From the NCBI GenBank assembly GCA_965230955.1, contig OZ246404.1, positions 500,995 to 564,994 on the forward strand: a stretch of 64,000 nt of DNA, given 5' to 3'. Below are positions 29,792 to 38,967 of the stretch, piece by piece. This DNA comes from an uncultured Candidatus Saccharibacteria bacterium. GTDB taxonomy: Bacteria > Patescibacteriota > CALEFQ01. Numbering within the stretch: position 1 is the first letter of the stretch; every line of letters starts with the position of its first letter. The notes below the pieces were generated by a model. The model had not been told where the DNA came from. It was given only the letters and a program-made list of their open reading frames with translations, and searched no databases. The translations under genes were made by a program, and so were the position numbers.

Positions 29792-31744
29792 CTATTCCTT
29801 TTCTAATTGAAAAATTTTCAATGACACCGTTTCGGTATTGATTATCGCCGGCGGCAATTGAGTTTGCTGGCGATGCCAATCGTAAACATCTATCCAGCCG
29901 TTGCTTTTATCAATAATCGCACTCATGCCCCAGAAAGGTTTGTCGATCGATGGGTATTCCAGTATCAAGTCTTTGATCGGTTTCAGTTTGGCATCGCTAT
30001 AATACGGATAATACTGGCCGGCGCGATCACTGATCACAAAAACGCGTTCATAGCTATTTACCAGTTCAAAGAAATCCTGATTGTCTTCAAAGCCTTCCAA
30101 CGACGGCAATACGTTTAGACCATACAAATACTTCAAGTAGTAGGCCCATTTTTGCCATTCCCAACCGGGCGTCATCAGGATCAAATCCCGATCAGTAAAA
30201 TTTTGTGCCAAGGCCTCGACTTGCTTTTGACTGCTCCGGTATTCGCGAAAAGCTAAAATCGGCCAGCTGGCGGAAATATTCACGGCTACCAAGATAAAGA
30301 CCGCGCCGATCAACGCCGAGCGTTTCCAGGGCCAGCGGGCCAGGACTATCGCCGCCAAAATAAAGATTAACGGGAAAAAAACCGCCACGAAACGGCGCAG
30401 AAACCAGGGATGATCAAGCGCGATATAAGGATCAAGAATAAAGATGATTGCCGGCACCGCCAAAAGAACCAGCAAATAAGCCAGGCGCGGAAATATCCTT
30501 TTTACGATTCCCAGATAAATTACCGCGAAAAAAATAGTCAGATAATAACAATGAAATATTTCCAAGACAAAAAGGGGACGGTAGTTAGACCATTTAATCA
30601 AAGGGATCTGGCGCGAGTACCACCACCAGGCAGCCAAGCCGGTAATTACCGCCAGCCCGAGCACTATCCAGATTGTTTGCCAGAGACTCTGCCTAAAAAC
30701 CGGTGATTTTCGGGTCAGCAGCATTTTTCCGCCCAACGCGACCAAAAGAATAAACAAGAGTCCGATAACCAAAAGCCAGGGCGAGAATTTGCCCAGCATG
30801 GATATCAGAGCATTCCCGATGCTTTCGCCTTGTTCGAAAACATAACCGCTGCCGTATTTGGTGCTATAAAGCTGGAAGGCGATAAAAGGAAAGACCGGCA
30901 AAATCAATAACCACCAAACTCGTCGAGCCGACCAATTAAACTGTCGGCGCCACCAGACCAAAGCGATAACCGCCGCTAAAACGTAAAAACCAAAATACAA
31001 AAGTCCTTCGCCGCGCACCAAGATAGAAAAGGAAGCCGGTAGCGCTCCTGCCAGCAACCACGAAATTTTTCGCTCCCTTATACCCAAAACGAGAAAAGCC
31101 GCACTGGCGTAAAACGACAGGGCTAGTAAATTTTCCGAGGCCCATTCGCGGCTGAACCACAGCCAAGCATAGAATGTGGCCGTAAACATCACCGCCGCTG
31201 TACCACCAAGTCGCGACGATAATCGCGCAGCCACCAAATAAATTGCCAAGAGTGACAAGAATACCAGAAGAGTATTGGCCGCTAGCAGTCCCGGTAAACC
31301 GCCCAGGGCATACCAAATGGCCAGATACACATTATAGCCAGGTAAAAATTGTGAGGTAAAATTATCATTTCCGAGACTGTTAAAACCATGGTAAGGCCGA
31401 GTCAATATATCGTTAAATCCCAGACTTCCGGTTTCGGCGATTTTTATGCCAGCCACGGAGTAACTGACCGGATCTCGTCCCAGTGGCAAATCATGAAAAT
31501 ACAAACCGATAAAAGCGGTCAGCGCGGCGATAATTATCACCACCGCCAGATCTTTTTTGGTCAATGCCCAAGTGCACGGCCAGACAAAAAAAGAAATTAC
31601 GAACAAGGCTCCGGTCAGAACCGATACGATTATCATGGCGCTAAATGTCAGCCAGCCCGGTATCGCCAAAAATATTGCGGCCAAAAGCCAACTGAAAAAA
31701 GCCAGAAAGATCCTTAAAGCGAGTTTTTCGAGAGTGAGAAACAT
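29792..31744 (-). CDS. ArnT-like GT-C membrane glycosyltransferase (GT83/GT39-like) with about 170 aa C-terminal soluble domain
   Basis: First loop RDPVSYSVAGIKIAETGSL matches the ArnT-type RDE..YA..A..M...G pattern. About 12-13 TM. Confidence 0.6.
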   Translation of the reverse strand: MFLTLEKLALRIFLAFFSWLLAAIFLAIPGWLTFSAMIIVSVLTGALFVISFFVWPCTWALTKKDLAVVIIIAALTAFIGLYFHDLPLGRDPVSYSVAGIKIAETGSLGFNDILTRPYHGFNSLGNDNFTSQFLPGYNVYLAIWYALGGLPGLLAANTLLVFLSLLAIYLVAARLSSRLGGTAAVMFTATFYAWLWFSREWASENLLALSFYASAAFLVLGIRERKISWLLAGALPASFSILVRGEGLLYFGFYVLAAVIALVWWRRQFNWSARRVWWLLILPVFPFIAFQLYSTKYGSGYVFEQGESIGNALISMLGKFSPWLLVIGLLFILLVALGGKMLLTRKSPVFRQSLWQTIWIVLGLAVITGLAAWWWYSRQIPLIKWSNYRPLFVLEIFHCYYLTIFFAVIYLGIVKRIFPRLAYLLVLLAVPAIIFILDPYIALDHPWFLRRFVAVFFPLIFILAAIVLARWPWKRSALIGAVFILVAVNISASWPILAFREYRSSQKQVEALAQNFTDRDLILMTPGWEWQKWAYYLKYLYGLNVLPSLEGFEDNQDFFELVNSYERVFVISDRAGQYYPYYSDAKLKPIKDLILEYPSIDKPFWGMSAIIDKSNGWIDVYDWHRQQTQLPPAIINTETVSLKIFQLEKE

Positions 31745-31746
31745 AT

Positions 31747-32913
31747 TTAGCTATTAAATATTTTTGATATCGCCGCGATAACTTCATCGGTTGTAATTAG
31801 TTCCAGACAGCTCGGCCGGCGCTCACATTTGGTTTGCGGACAAGGCGAGCACTCGACGGGATGGTAGATCGTAATATTTCTATTTTGCCATGGACCGTAA
31901 CGTTTCGGCGTATTTTGACCAAATAGCGCGATAGCCGGTGTCTGGGTGGCACAAGCAATATGCAGGGGACCGGAATCGTTGCCGATGAATAATTTAGCTC
32001 CGGCAATTACCGCCGCGGTGGCTTTCAAATCCAAGTAACCGGCCAAATTGAAAGCTTGCCGGCCGGCGGCGCGAACAATTTCTTGCGCTGCGTTCTTTTC
32101 TTTCTCCGTCCCGATGACCATGACCGTTTGGCGGTAATCCGTCACCAGTGATTTCGCAATTTGGGCAAATCGATTTGCCGGCCATTCTTTCGGCTTCCAG
32201 CCGGCAAAAGGATGGATGACCGTGTAATTATCGCCCGGGTGAATCCCGCATTGACTCAATGCTTCCGCGGCTCGGTTTTTAGCGTGAGAATCCAGGGCTA
32301 TTTCTAGTTTCAAATTTTTCGGTAGTGCTACTGTCGGGCGCAACGAGCGGACTAGGCCGAGTTTCCTTTCCGCTTCGTGCTGTAGGCCATGATAGGGCGC
32401 CACTCCGGTCAACCAGAAACCGCCGCCACGAATCGCCTGTGAAACCCGTTGGGGAATGCCGAGCTTTTTCAAGAGATAAATTGTCCGCAAATCGGCGCGC
32501 AAATCTAGGCCTAAATCAATCGAAGCCGGGAGCTCTGCTTTAATTTTAGGCAGTGCTTGCCTGATTAGATTGAAATCCGTCTTCATTCCGCCGGTAGTTG
32601 CACTAAACCGAGGTAAATCAACTAAATGCAATTGATCGATATCGGGATTCCCGCTCAAAATCTCATAGCCGGGTCGGCGGACTGCCACGATAATTTTAGC
32701 CTTGGGGTAAATTTGTCTCAGTAGCCGGAGTGCCGGAGTAGAAAGTAAAACATCGCCGATTTCATCCAATTGCAAAACCAGGATATTTTTTGGATCGAAG
32801 TTTTTTGGCCACTGGCGACCGATCTTGGACCAGCCCCAAATCAAATATCCGGCGGCATTGATCAGGCCGAGCAGTATCCGCTGGCGACGATTTTTTAGTT
32901 TATATGTAGCCAT
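31747..32913 (-). CDS. GT9 family glycosyltransferase (heptosyltransferase-like)
   Basis: ILVLQLDEIGDVLLSTPALRLL...GNDSGPLHIACATQTPAIALF. ATG at 32913 (ORF track start 32922 is TTG). Confidence 0.85.
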   Translation of the reverse strand: MATYKLKNRRQRILLGLINAAGYLIWGWSKIGRQWPKNFDPKNILVLQLDEIGDVLLSTPALRLLRQIYPKAKIIVAVRRPGYEILSGNPDIDQLHLVDLPRFSATTGGMKTDFNLIRQALPKIKAELPASIDLGLDLRADLRTIYLLKKLGIPQRVSQAIRGGGFWLTGVAPYHGLQHEAERKLGLVRSLRPTVALPKNLKLEIALDSHAKNRAAEALSQCGIHPGDNYTVIHPFAGWKPKEWPANRFAQIAKSLVTDYRQTVMVIGTEKEKNAAQEIVRAAGRQAFNLAGYLDLKATAAVIAGAKLFIGNDSGPLHIACATQTPAIALFGQNTPKRYGPWQNRNITIYHPVECSPCPQTKCERRPSCLELITTDEVIAAISKIFNS

Positions 32914-33013
32914 GGTGATCAACTCATCAGATCATTTGTCTCGCCAAGGTAATTATTCTTTTAAGCATGGGAGATCCCATTCGGGAAATACTTAAAAGAA
33001 TAATTAGCTTGGC

Positions 33014-34087
33014 TCAAATCACGTGTCGCTTAACTGCGGCAAAAACCTGGTCGACAGTGATCCGGTCGAAGCAACCCTGCGCCGCGCGCGGATCTAATTT
33101 AGCGGAAGTCGTAGTAAATGGGTACTGGAGCAGGGAATTGTGATCAGGATCGGTGATAACTTCCGCTCGATCGGTGTAGGGACGGGTGCGGCTGATTGAC
33201 GTTGGGCCGAAAATCGCCACCACGGGAGTTTGCATCGCTACCGCCAGGTGCATCAAGCCGGAATCATTCGAAATAAATAATCGGCATTTTTTGATCAACG
33301 CGGCAGCATTAGGGAGAGAGTCGGTAGCTACTACCGGCTTGGTCTTCATCATTTTTATCATCTCGGCCACGTCGGATTTTTCATCCGGCCCCGCCACAAT
33401 CAAAACTTTGGCATACAGCTCTTTTTGAATTTTATCAGCCAGCTGGGCGAAACGATCCAGCGGCCAGCGCTTGGACGAAAAAGAAAAATCTTGGCTGGAG
33501 CCGATATGCAGGCCGACGATTATTTTTCCCGATTCCAGATTACTAGCGCAAAAACTTTCCGCCCAGCGGTCATTATCAGCGGTAGTCTGGAAAAACAATC
33601 GTCGATTGGCTGTCCCGGGATCTATCCCCAGCGGCTTTAATAAATTAAGGTTTTGATCGACATCATGTAATTGGGAATCGGCCGCGATTCTGACATTTTG
33701 CAATCCGGACAAAGTTCTGATAGCGGGAGTGGCATATTGATGGGTAATCCTTTTTTTCGCGTGGACCAGCCAGGCAAACACATTGAAAAACCATTTATTC
33801 GAAGGAAAAACCGTCAGGCAATAATCGTACTTCTGGCGGCGCAATTGCCTGATTAGCTTTAAACGAGATCCGAGTTTTTTTATGCTGAAAAGTGAAGTTT
33901 TCGCAAAATCAAACACCTTGGTTTCGTCGATCAAATCACTTCCTTTGACCGGTGCGACAAATGAGCTTGAGGTCCCTAAGAAAGTTATCCGAGCATCGGG
34001 AAATTTCTGACGCAAAGCACGCAAAGTCGGAGTGAACATGATTGTGCACCCCATACCGGAAGCGGAAATTATCAAAAATTTGGCCAT
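33014..34087 (-). CDS. GT9 family glycosyltransferase (heptosyltransferase-like)
   Basis: FLIISASGMGCTIMFTPTLRAL...SNDSGLMHLAVAMQTPVVAIF. ATG at 34087. Confidence 0.85.
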   Translation of the reverse strand: MAKFLIISASGMGCTIMFTPTLRALRQKFPDARITFLGTSSSFVAPVKGSDLIDETKVFDFAKTSLFSIKKLGSRLKLIRQLRRQKYDYCLTVFPSNKWFFNVFAWLVHAKKRITHQYATPAIRTLSGLQNVRIAADSQLHDVDQNLNLLKPLGIDPGTANRRLFFQTTADNDRWAESFCASNLESGKIIVGLHIGSSQDFSFSSKRWPLDRFAQLADKIQKELYAKVLIVAGPDEKSDVAEMIKMMKTKPVVATDSLPNAAALIKKCRLFISNDSGLMHLAVAMQTPVVAIFGPTSISRTRPYTDRAEVITDPDHNSLLQYPFTTTSAKLDPRAAQGCFDRITVDQVFAAVKRHVI

Positions 34088-34155
34088 AAATACACAAATA
34101 GTGGTCTGAATAAAAATCAAGAATCTAACGCTTATTTTAGCCCAAAGTTACCATT

Positions 34156-34184
34156 TTGGCAAACCCTTGACGGGATCACCGATA
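34156..34184 (+). promoter_or_regulatory. sigma70-like promoter TTGACG-17-TAGAGT
   Basis: ttgacg 34156-34161, 17-nt spacer, tagagt 34179-34184; followed by SD and GTG 34226. Confidence 0.4.
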
Positions 34185-34225
34185 TTCCGTAGAGTGATAG
34201 GAACTTCGGCTGAAAGGAGGGAAAT

Positions 34226-34810
34226 GTGGAAAATAATTCAATGTCAGTAAATGATCTGTTGCTGGCGACATTGGGATCAATCATCCATAGGTTAAAAGGG
34301 CAATGCGTAACCCTGGGCGAACCGATACTGAAAGAAGGAATATTCATAAGTCCATTGCCGGAAACTCCGGCAGATGGCTTTCTTCATCAGAAACTCTGGG
34401 TTGTGGATATCGGTTCCAAATGCTATGTCTTTTCCCTGGGCGATGCCACCGGTTCCAATACCTCTCAAATTTTCACTTGCGAATTGATCGTCATCACCGA
34501 CGCCCGTCGAGCCACCAATCAGGAAATGATCAGTTTGGCAATCAGGAATTCGCGTGGAGGATTCCGTTGCACCATCTTGCTTGGCTATAACAACGGAGGG
34601 TTACTGATTCCCAAGGACGGTTACTATCATCAGGTTGCGAACGACCATCACTTATCGGATTTTCCGGAAGAATACTTGGAAAGAATAAAAGATCAGGCTG
34701 CAGAAAATGAAAGCCCGGGACGTCCCCAGCCGTGTCGCTTATTATACCGTCCGCCGGCTGTCCGACATCTGATGCAGAATCTCCTTGACATTTTTCAAAA
34801 TGCACCATGA
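34226..34810 (+). CDS. hypothetical protein (194 aa), no recognisable domain, GTG start
   Basis: SD AAAGGAGGG 4 nt upstream of GTG 34226 (ATG at 34241 is too far from the SD). Own promoter upstream and own terminator downstream. Confidence 0.5.
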   Translation: MENNSMSVNDLLLATLGSIIHRLKGQCVTLGEPILKEGIFISPLPETPADGFLHQKLWVVDIGSKCYVFSLGDATGSNTSQIFTCELIVITDARRATNQEMISLAIRNSRGGFRCTILLGYNNGGLLIPKDGYYHQVANDHHLSDFPEEYLERIKDQAAENESPGRPQPCRLLYRPPAVRHLMQNLLDIFQNAP

Positions 34811-34824
34811 TTCTCATCGTCGCC

Positions 34825-34853
34825 AAAGGCTCTAGTGAAACAGAGCCTTTTTG
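34825..34853 (+). terminator. Rho-independent terminator
   Basis: aaaggctct / agagccttt 9-bp stem, 8-nt loop agtgaaac, then TTTTG; 15 nt after the stop of 34226-34810. Confidence 0.7.
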
Positions 34854-34854
34854 A

Positions 34855-34883
34855 TTGACAGCAAGCGCGAAACGGATGATAAT
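34855..34883 (+). promoter_or_regulatory. sigma70-like promoter TTGACA-17-GATAAT
   Basis: ttgaca 34855-34860, 17-nt spacer, gataat 34878-34883; SD AAAGGAGG and ATG 34921 downstream. Confidence 0.6.
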
Positions 34884-34920
34884 ATGAAGTCACATCGAAT
34901 TCATCGAAAGGAGGACAAAG

Positions 34921-35652
34921 ATGAATCACACTAATGCCAAACTGGCAGCGTCTTCGATTGCCGAATACCTGCTTGGCCGACAAGGTCAAGAACTCTTAGC
35001 CAAATTGCGCCAACGCAGTCTGGTAATTCCATTGGCACAACTTGGGATTATTACCGAGCATGAACACAACTGGAAAAGGATTGCCGCCCTTGATTGTACT
35101 GGTCAGATTCTGATCCTGACCGTCCGGCAAGATGTCCTGTTGGACACGGTTGTCGAAATGGAAGCGGTGGCCGACCAGCCCAAAATGACCATCTTTGATG
35201 TTGTCAGTAGTATCTGGCGACAAAGCAAAACCGAACCGGATCTTCTGACCAGGTTAGAAATTGCGGCCACTAAAGTTTTGAAGATGCATGATCTGCCAGA
35301 TCTGTCTGAAGCGAAAATCAACTATATACGTAAATTAGAACAATATTTCGCCCAGATCCGGATCAGCGACATGTCCCGAGACCGGATAAAAAGATTTGGC
35401 ATTGTTGCTCGAGTGGCGAATCTGGTGCCCGAAGGAGCGACTGAAAGAGTTGCCAAAGCCTGTTTGGTCGTATCGGATACCAATTGGTCGCTGCTGGCAG
35501 TTGAAGTTTTCCAGCAATACCAGTTAAAATCTGATCCGCCGACCGGACCGTTTTGCCAAGTTCCTGGTCTATTCCTGGTGCCAGGCACAGCTGACCGGCT
35601 GAAAAAATACCATATTGTCGAGCATTGCGATCCACTGACTTTGTCATGGTAA
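34921..35652 (+). CDS. hypothetical protein (243 aa), no recognisable domain
   Basis: SD AAAGGAGG 6 nt upstream of ATG; preceded by a TTGACA-17-GATAAT promoter and followed by a strong terminator. Confidence 0.6.
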   Translation: MNHTNAKLAASSIAEYLLGRQGQELLAKLRQRSLVIPLAQLGIITEHEHNWKRIAALDCTGQILILTVRQDVLLDTVVEMEAVADQPKMTIFDVVSSIWRQSKTEPDLLTRLEIAATKVLKMHDLPDLSEAKINYIRKLEQYFAQIRISDMSRDRIKRFGIVARVANLVPEGATERVAKACLVVSDTNWSLLAVEVFQQYQLKSDPPTGPFCQVPGLFLVPGTADRLKKYHIVEHCDPLTLSW

Positions 35653-35672
35653 CCGCAGATTCAGTCCAAATC

Positions 35673-35710
35673 AAAACCGACAGAAATTTCTGTCGGTTTT
35701 CTTTTTTTAT
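35673..35710. terminator. bidirectional Rho-independent terminator between convergent genes
   Basis: aaaaccgacag / ctgtcggtttt 11-bp stem, loop aaattt, followed by CTTTTTTTATT; abuts the gmhB stop (35710) and lies 21 nt after the stop of 34921-35652. Confidence 0.8.
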
Positions 35711-36318
35711 TAGCGTGGTTTTAGCCACCATTTGACTCCGTCGAGCAAGTCCGCCGCGACATAATCAGGCTTGACCTCGTAGCGATCCCTTTCTTCCTTT
35801 CCGCCGTAGCCTGTCTGAACCAGGACGCCGAGGCAACCGGCGTTTTCTGCCATTTTAACTTCCGCCGTCTTGTCGCCGAAGCAACAGCTGTTTTTTAGAT
35901 CGATCGCGATCCCTTGCTTCGCAAAATGGTCAATCGCTTGTTTGATCATGCCGATTCGCGGTTTGCGGCAGTCGCAAGAAATATTATATGGCGGTATCGC
36001 CTTATGGAGATCCTCCAGGTCCGGATGGGGGCAAAAATAGATGCCATCCAGCCGAACGCTTTTGCCGATTAAATCGGCTCTGACGCGATTCATCAATTCC
36101 CAGAAATCGGCTTCGGTATATTTTCCCCGGCCGATACCGGATTGGCCCGTGATGATAATTACCAATAGATCCGGCGTCTCGGAGAGGATTTTCAAGGCTT
36201 GGGATGAGCCGGGGATATATTCCCAGTCTTCCCAGCGATATAAGTATTTTTTGTCTTGGTTAATGACACCATCTCGGTCAATAAAAGCCGCTCGTTTTAT
36301 CACTTTGTTATTTTCCAT
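35710..36318 (-). CDS. gmhB: D-glycero-D-manno-heptose 1,7-bisphosphate phosphatase (HAD-IIIA, GmhB)
   Basis: FIDRDGVIN HAD motif I, CDCRKP motif, GDK..D. 202 aa. Confidence 0.85.
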   Translation of the reverse strand: MENNKVIKRAAFIDRDGVINQDKKYLYRWEDWEYIPGSSQALKILSETPDLLVIIITGQSGIGRGKYTEADFWELMNRVRADLIGKSVRLDGIYFCPHPDLEDLHKAIPPYNISCDCRKPRIGMIKQAIDHFAKQGIAIDLKNSCCFGDKTAEVKMAENAGCLGVLVQTGYGGKEERDRYEVKPDYVAADLLDGVKWWLKPR

Positions 36319-37285
36319 CGTTCTTGATCACTTGTTTTAATTCGCTGGTATCAAGTGTAGCCGTACCGACTTTTCCCACCACCACTCCCGCCGCATAATT
36401 CGCAATCTCGGCCGCGTCGAGGAGGGAAGCGCCGCTAACTAAGGAGAGCGCCAGAGTTGATACGACGGTATCGCCGGCACCGCTGACATCAAAAATCTCC
36501 CGAGCTTTTGTCTTTATAACTACCGGCTTCCGGCCGATTTCAAAAATAGCGACGCCGTCTTCGCCCTGGGTCAGGACGATATTACTTTCCAGTTCTTCTT
36601 GAAGCTGCCGGCCGGCGTCCAAGACGGATTCGGCTCCCGACATCTCCCTGGCTTCTTTTTTGTTCGGCTTGATTACCGTCGCCCCGCGATAATAATCTTT
36701 ATGAGACGGCTTAGGATCGACGACCACCGGGATTTTTCTCTGTGCCGCCAGTGAAATTATTTGCTGGGCGATCTTGAGGGAAATCATTCCCTTGGCATAA
36801 TCGGAAATAATCACCGCTCCGACCTGCGGAATGTTTTTTTTGATCTGCGTCAGAATCTTTTTTTCCAGGAAATCGCCAATCGGTTTTATTTCTTCTTCGT
36901 CGATGCGCAAAAGCTGATGCTGAGGAATCGCCATGATACGATTTTTCCTGATCGTGGGGCGTTTGGAATCGGGTAATAAATAGCCGGCTTTTATCTTTTT
37001 ATCCTTCAAAACTTTTTTGAAAATTTCGCCGTTACGATCAGCGCCTATCAGTCCCATCAGCAGGGCTTGTCCGCCCAAAGCATTGATATTGTTGGCAACA
37101 TTGGCCGCCCCGCCGGCGGTATACGTTTCGCGTTGTACTTGAACTACCGGGACCGGCGCTTCAGGCGAAATACGCTCGACTTTACCCCAAACCGCGCTAT
37201 CCAGCATAACATCACCCACCACCAAAATCTTCTTGCCTCTAAACTTGTCGATATTTTTTAGTAGTTTGGTGTTTTTGTGGGACAT
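36308..37285 (-). CDS. hldA: D-glycero-beta-D-manno-heptose-7-phosphate kinase (PfkB family, HldE kinase-domain-like, stand-alone)
   Basis: PfkB signature DVSGAGDTVV; GKKILVVGDVMLD; 325 aa = kinase domain only, no adenylyltransferase domain. Confidence 0.8.
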   Translation of the reverse strand: MSHKNTKLLKNIDKFRGKKILVVGDVMLDSAVWGKVERISPEAPVPVVQVQRETYTAGGAANVANNINALGGQALLMGLIGADRNGEIFKKVLKDKKIKAGYLLPDSKRPTIRKNRIMAIPQHQLLRIDEEEIKPIGDFLEKKILTQIKKNIPQVGAVIISDYAKGMISLKIAQQIISLAAQRKIPVVVDPKPSHKDYYRGATVIKPNKKEAREMSGAESVLDAGRQLQEELESNIVLTQGEDGVAIFEIGRKPVVIKTKAREIFDVSGAGDTVVSTLALSLVSGASLLDAAEIANYAAGVVVGKVGTATLDTSELKQVIKNDGK

Positions 37286-37288
37286 ATT

Positions 37289-37903
37289 TTACCTTTTGCC
37301 TTTAGCCTTTTGCTTTTTGGCGATTTTTTCCTCTGCCAACTCGCAAATAATATGCAAAATCGTCTCGTGGCACTCCTGGATTCTGGGAGTATCTTTTGAC
37401 GGAGCCTTCAGAGCTAAATCCACCATTTTTATTACATCAACGCTTTTATCGCTGAATAAACCGATAATTTTCATCTTTTTACGTCGCGCTTCTTGAAGAG
37501 CATAAGCAATATTGGCGGAATGCCCGTGTTCGCTCAGCTCCACATCACTGGTGGTAATGGCAATGGCAATATCTCCCGCTTGCCCAAAGGCCGAAATCCA
37601 TTTCTGAAAAGTCAGATGATAGCCGTCATCATTGGCGATCGCCGTCAGGACCGAAGTGTCTGCATGCAAAGCCAGTGCCGGCAGGGGAGTGCGAGCAATC
37701 TTGAACTTGTTCACAAATTCGCCGGCAAAATGCTGGGCATCCGCCGCACTGCCACCATTGCCGAAGATCATTATTTTTTTACCCTGGTGCATGGCAACGA
37801 CAATCATGTCAACAGCTTTAACCACGCTTTTACTCAAAACATCAGCCGCCTTAACTTTGACCGCCGCACTTTCCAGAAATATTTTCTTGATTTGTTCTTT
37901 CAT
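37289..37903 (-). CDS. gmhA: phosphoheptose (sedoheptulose-7-phosphate) isomerase, SIS domain
   Basis: IFGNGGSAADAQHFAGEFVNKF and SIS-domain layout, 204 aa. Confidence 0.9.
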   Translation of the reverse strand: MKEQIKKIFLESAAVKVKAADVLSKSVVKAVDMIVVAMHQGKKIMIFGNGGSAADAQHFAGEFVNKFKIARTPLPALALHADTSVLTAIANDDGYHLTFQKWISAFGQAGDIAIAITTSDVELSEHGHSANIAYALQEARRKKMKIIGLFSDKSVDVIKMVDLALKAPSKDTPRIQECHETILHIICELAEEKIAKKQKAKGKR

Positions 37904-37933
37904 GTCGATTTTATTAATTTTGCGTTTTAGGTT

Positions 37934-38434
37934 TTATTGTCGACTTGGATTGTCGGCGGACGAGACGCCGGAAACGGCGGCTCTTTTAATTTTTCTCCGC
38001 CGGACTAGATAAAAAATTATTGCCGCGACCGCCAGAAACGGCGCTACGTACAACGGATCCTCCGGCCAAAACAGCCCCCAACCGGTTCCGTAAAAAGAAA
38101 ACGGGAAGAGCCAGGGATAGGAGAATTGACTGAGATGGCGCTGAAAGACATCCAGTAACAAATGCAGGCCAATTCCGTAGAGCATCCATAACCAGGCGGA
38201 TTTCCTGATTTCCGGCGCGAAAAAGAACACCAGCAACAAGGTCAATAATACCAAACCCGCCGGACTATGCAATGCCGAAAAAAACCAATAAGCGCTGTGA
38301 TTGTTTGGGATAAAAAGGAAAAACAGTCGGGTCACATCCGGCAGAACGGCGCCGGCAAATAAAAAGAAAACCCACCGATATTTTCTATCGGCAAAAAATG
38401 AAGCAAAAGCGACATGGGTAATAAGATCGGGCAT
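37934..38434 (-). CDS. membrane-bound metal-dependent hydrolase-like protein (YdjM/DUF457-like)
   Basis: MPDLITHVAFA N-terminus with histidines in short hydrophobic helices. 166 aa. Confidence 0.5.
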   Translation of the reverse strand: MPDLITHVAFASFFADRKYRWVFFLFAGAVLPDVTRLFFLFIPNNHSAYWFFSALHSPAGLVLLTLLLVFFFAPEIRKSAWLWMLYGIGLHLLLDVFQRHLSQFSYPWLFPFSFYGTGWGLFWPEDPLYVAPFLAVAAIIFYLVRRRKIKRAAVSGVSSADNPSRQ

Positions 38435-38481
38435 ATAATAATTAGAAATTCAAAATTAAAAATGCAGAATTAATCAAATAA

Positions 38482-38967
38482 TTAGGCATTCTGAATTTTG
38501 CATTTTGCATTATTTGGGTCCTTCTCAAAAAACTCAAGTTTCCGCCAATTAAATCGATACTTTTTGAACAACAAATATAGCACGAAGAAAACTGCCGGTA
38601 GGGAAAAATAATATTTTAACGGCCGAGCGGGATGCAAGTGCCACGATGAAGCTTCCACCAAATCCGACTCGATGACCACACCCGACAAACTAAGGTTCTG
38701 CCCGATCCGAGCCGACGGCATTTCTTTAAAGCTGGCGGTAAATTCATGTCCTTCGGTTTTTAAAACCATGGTGGCGGATTCAGGATCTATACTCATGATC
38801 TCGGTATATTGAGTGTCAATCGGGGCGGGGAGACCTCTTTGGCCGGTCAACTTTTCCGCTGGCGGAATATCGATTTTCGGCCCGGCGGAGGCAGCATACC
38901 AACATAAACCAAAAACAATCCCGCCCAATGCAATTATTTTCAGCAGGCGGGATTTATCGGAAAACAT
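38482..38967 (-). CDS. hypothetical bitopic membrane protein (N-terminal and C-terminal TM helices flanking about 100 aa ecto-domain)
   Basis: Hydrophobic segments IIALGGIVFGLCWYAA and LPAVFFVLYLLF. 1-nt start/stop overlap (CATTAA) with GT2 upstream. Confidence 0.5.
   Translation of the reverse strand: MFSDKSRLLKIIALGGIVFGLCWYAASAGPKIDIPPAEKLTGQRGLPAPIDTQYTEIMSIDPESATMVLKTEGHEFTASFKEMPSARIGQNLSLSGVVIESDLVEASSWHLHPARPLKYYFSLPAVFFVLYLLFKKYRFNWRKLEFFEKDPNNAKCKIQNA

Noticed and set aside
32923-33013. Hairpin cttttaag…cttaaaag between two GT9 genes as a terminator
   Set aside because: AT-rich 8-bp arms with a 25-nt interior and no flanking T-tract on the minus strand. More likely incidental; not called as a feature.
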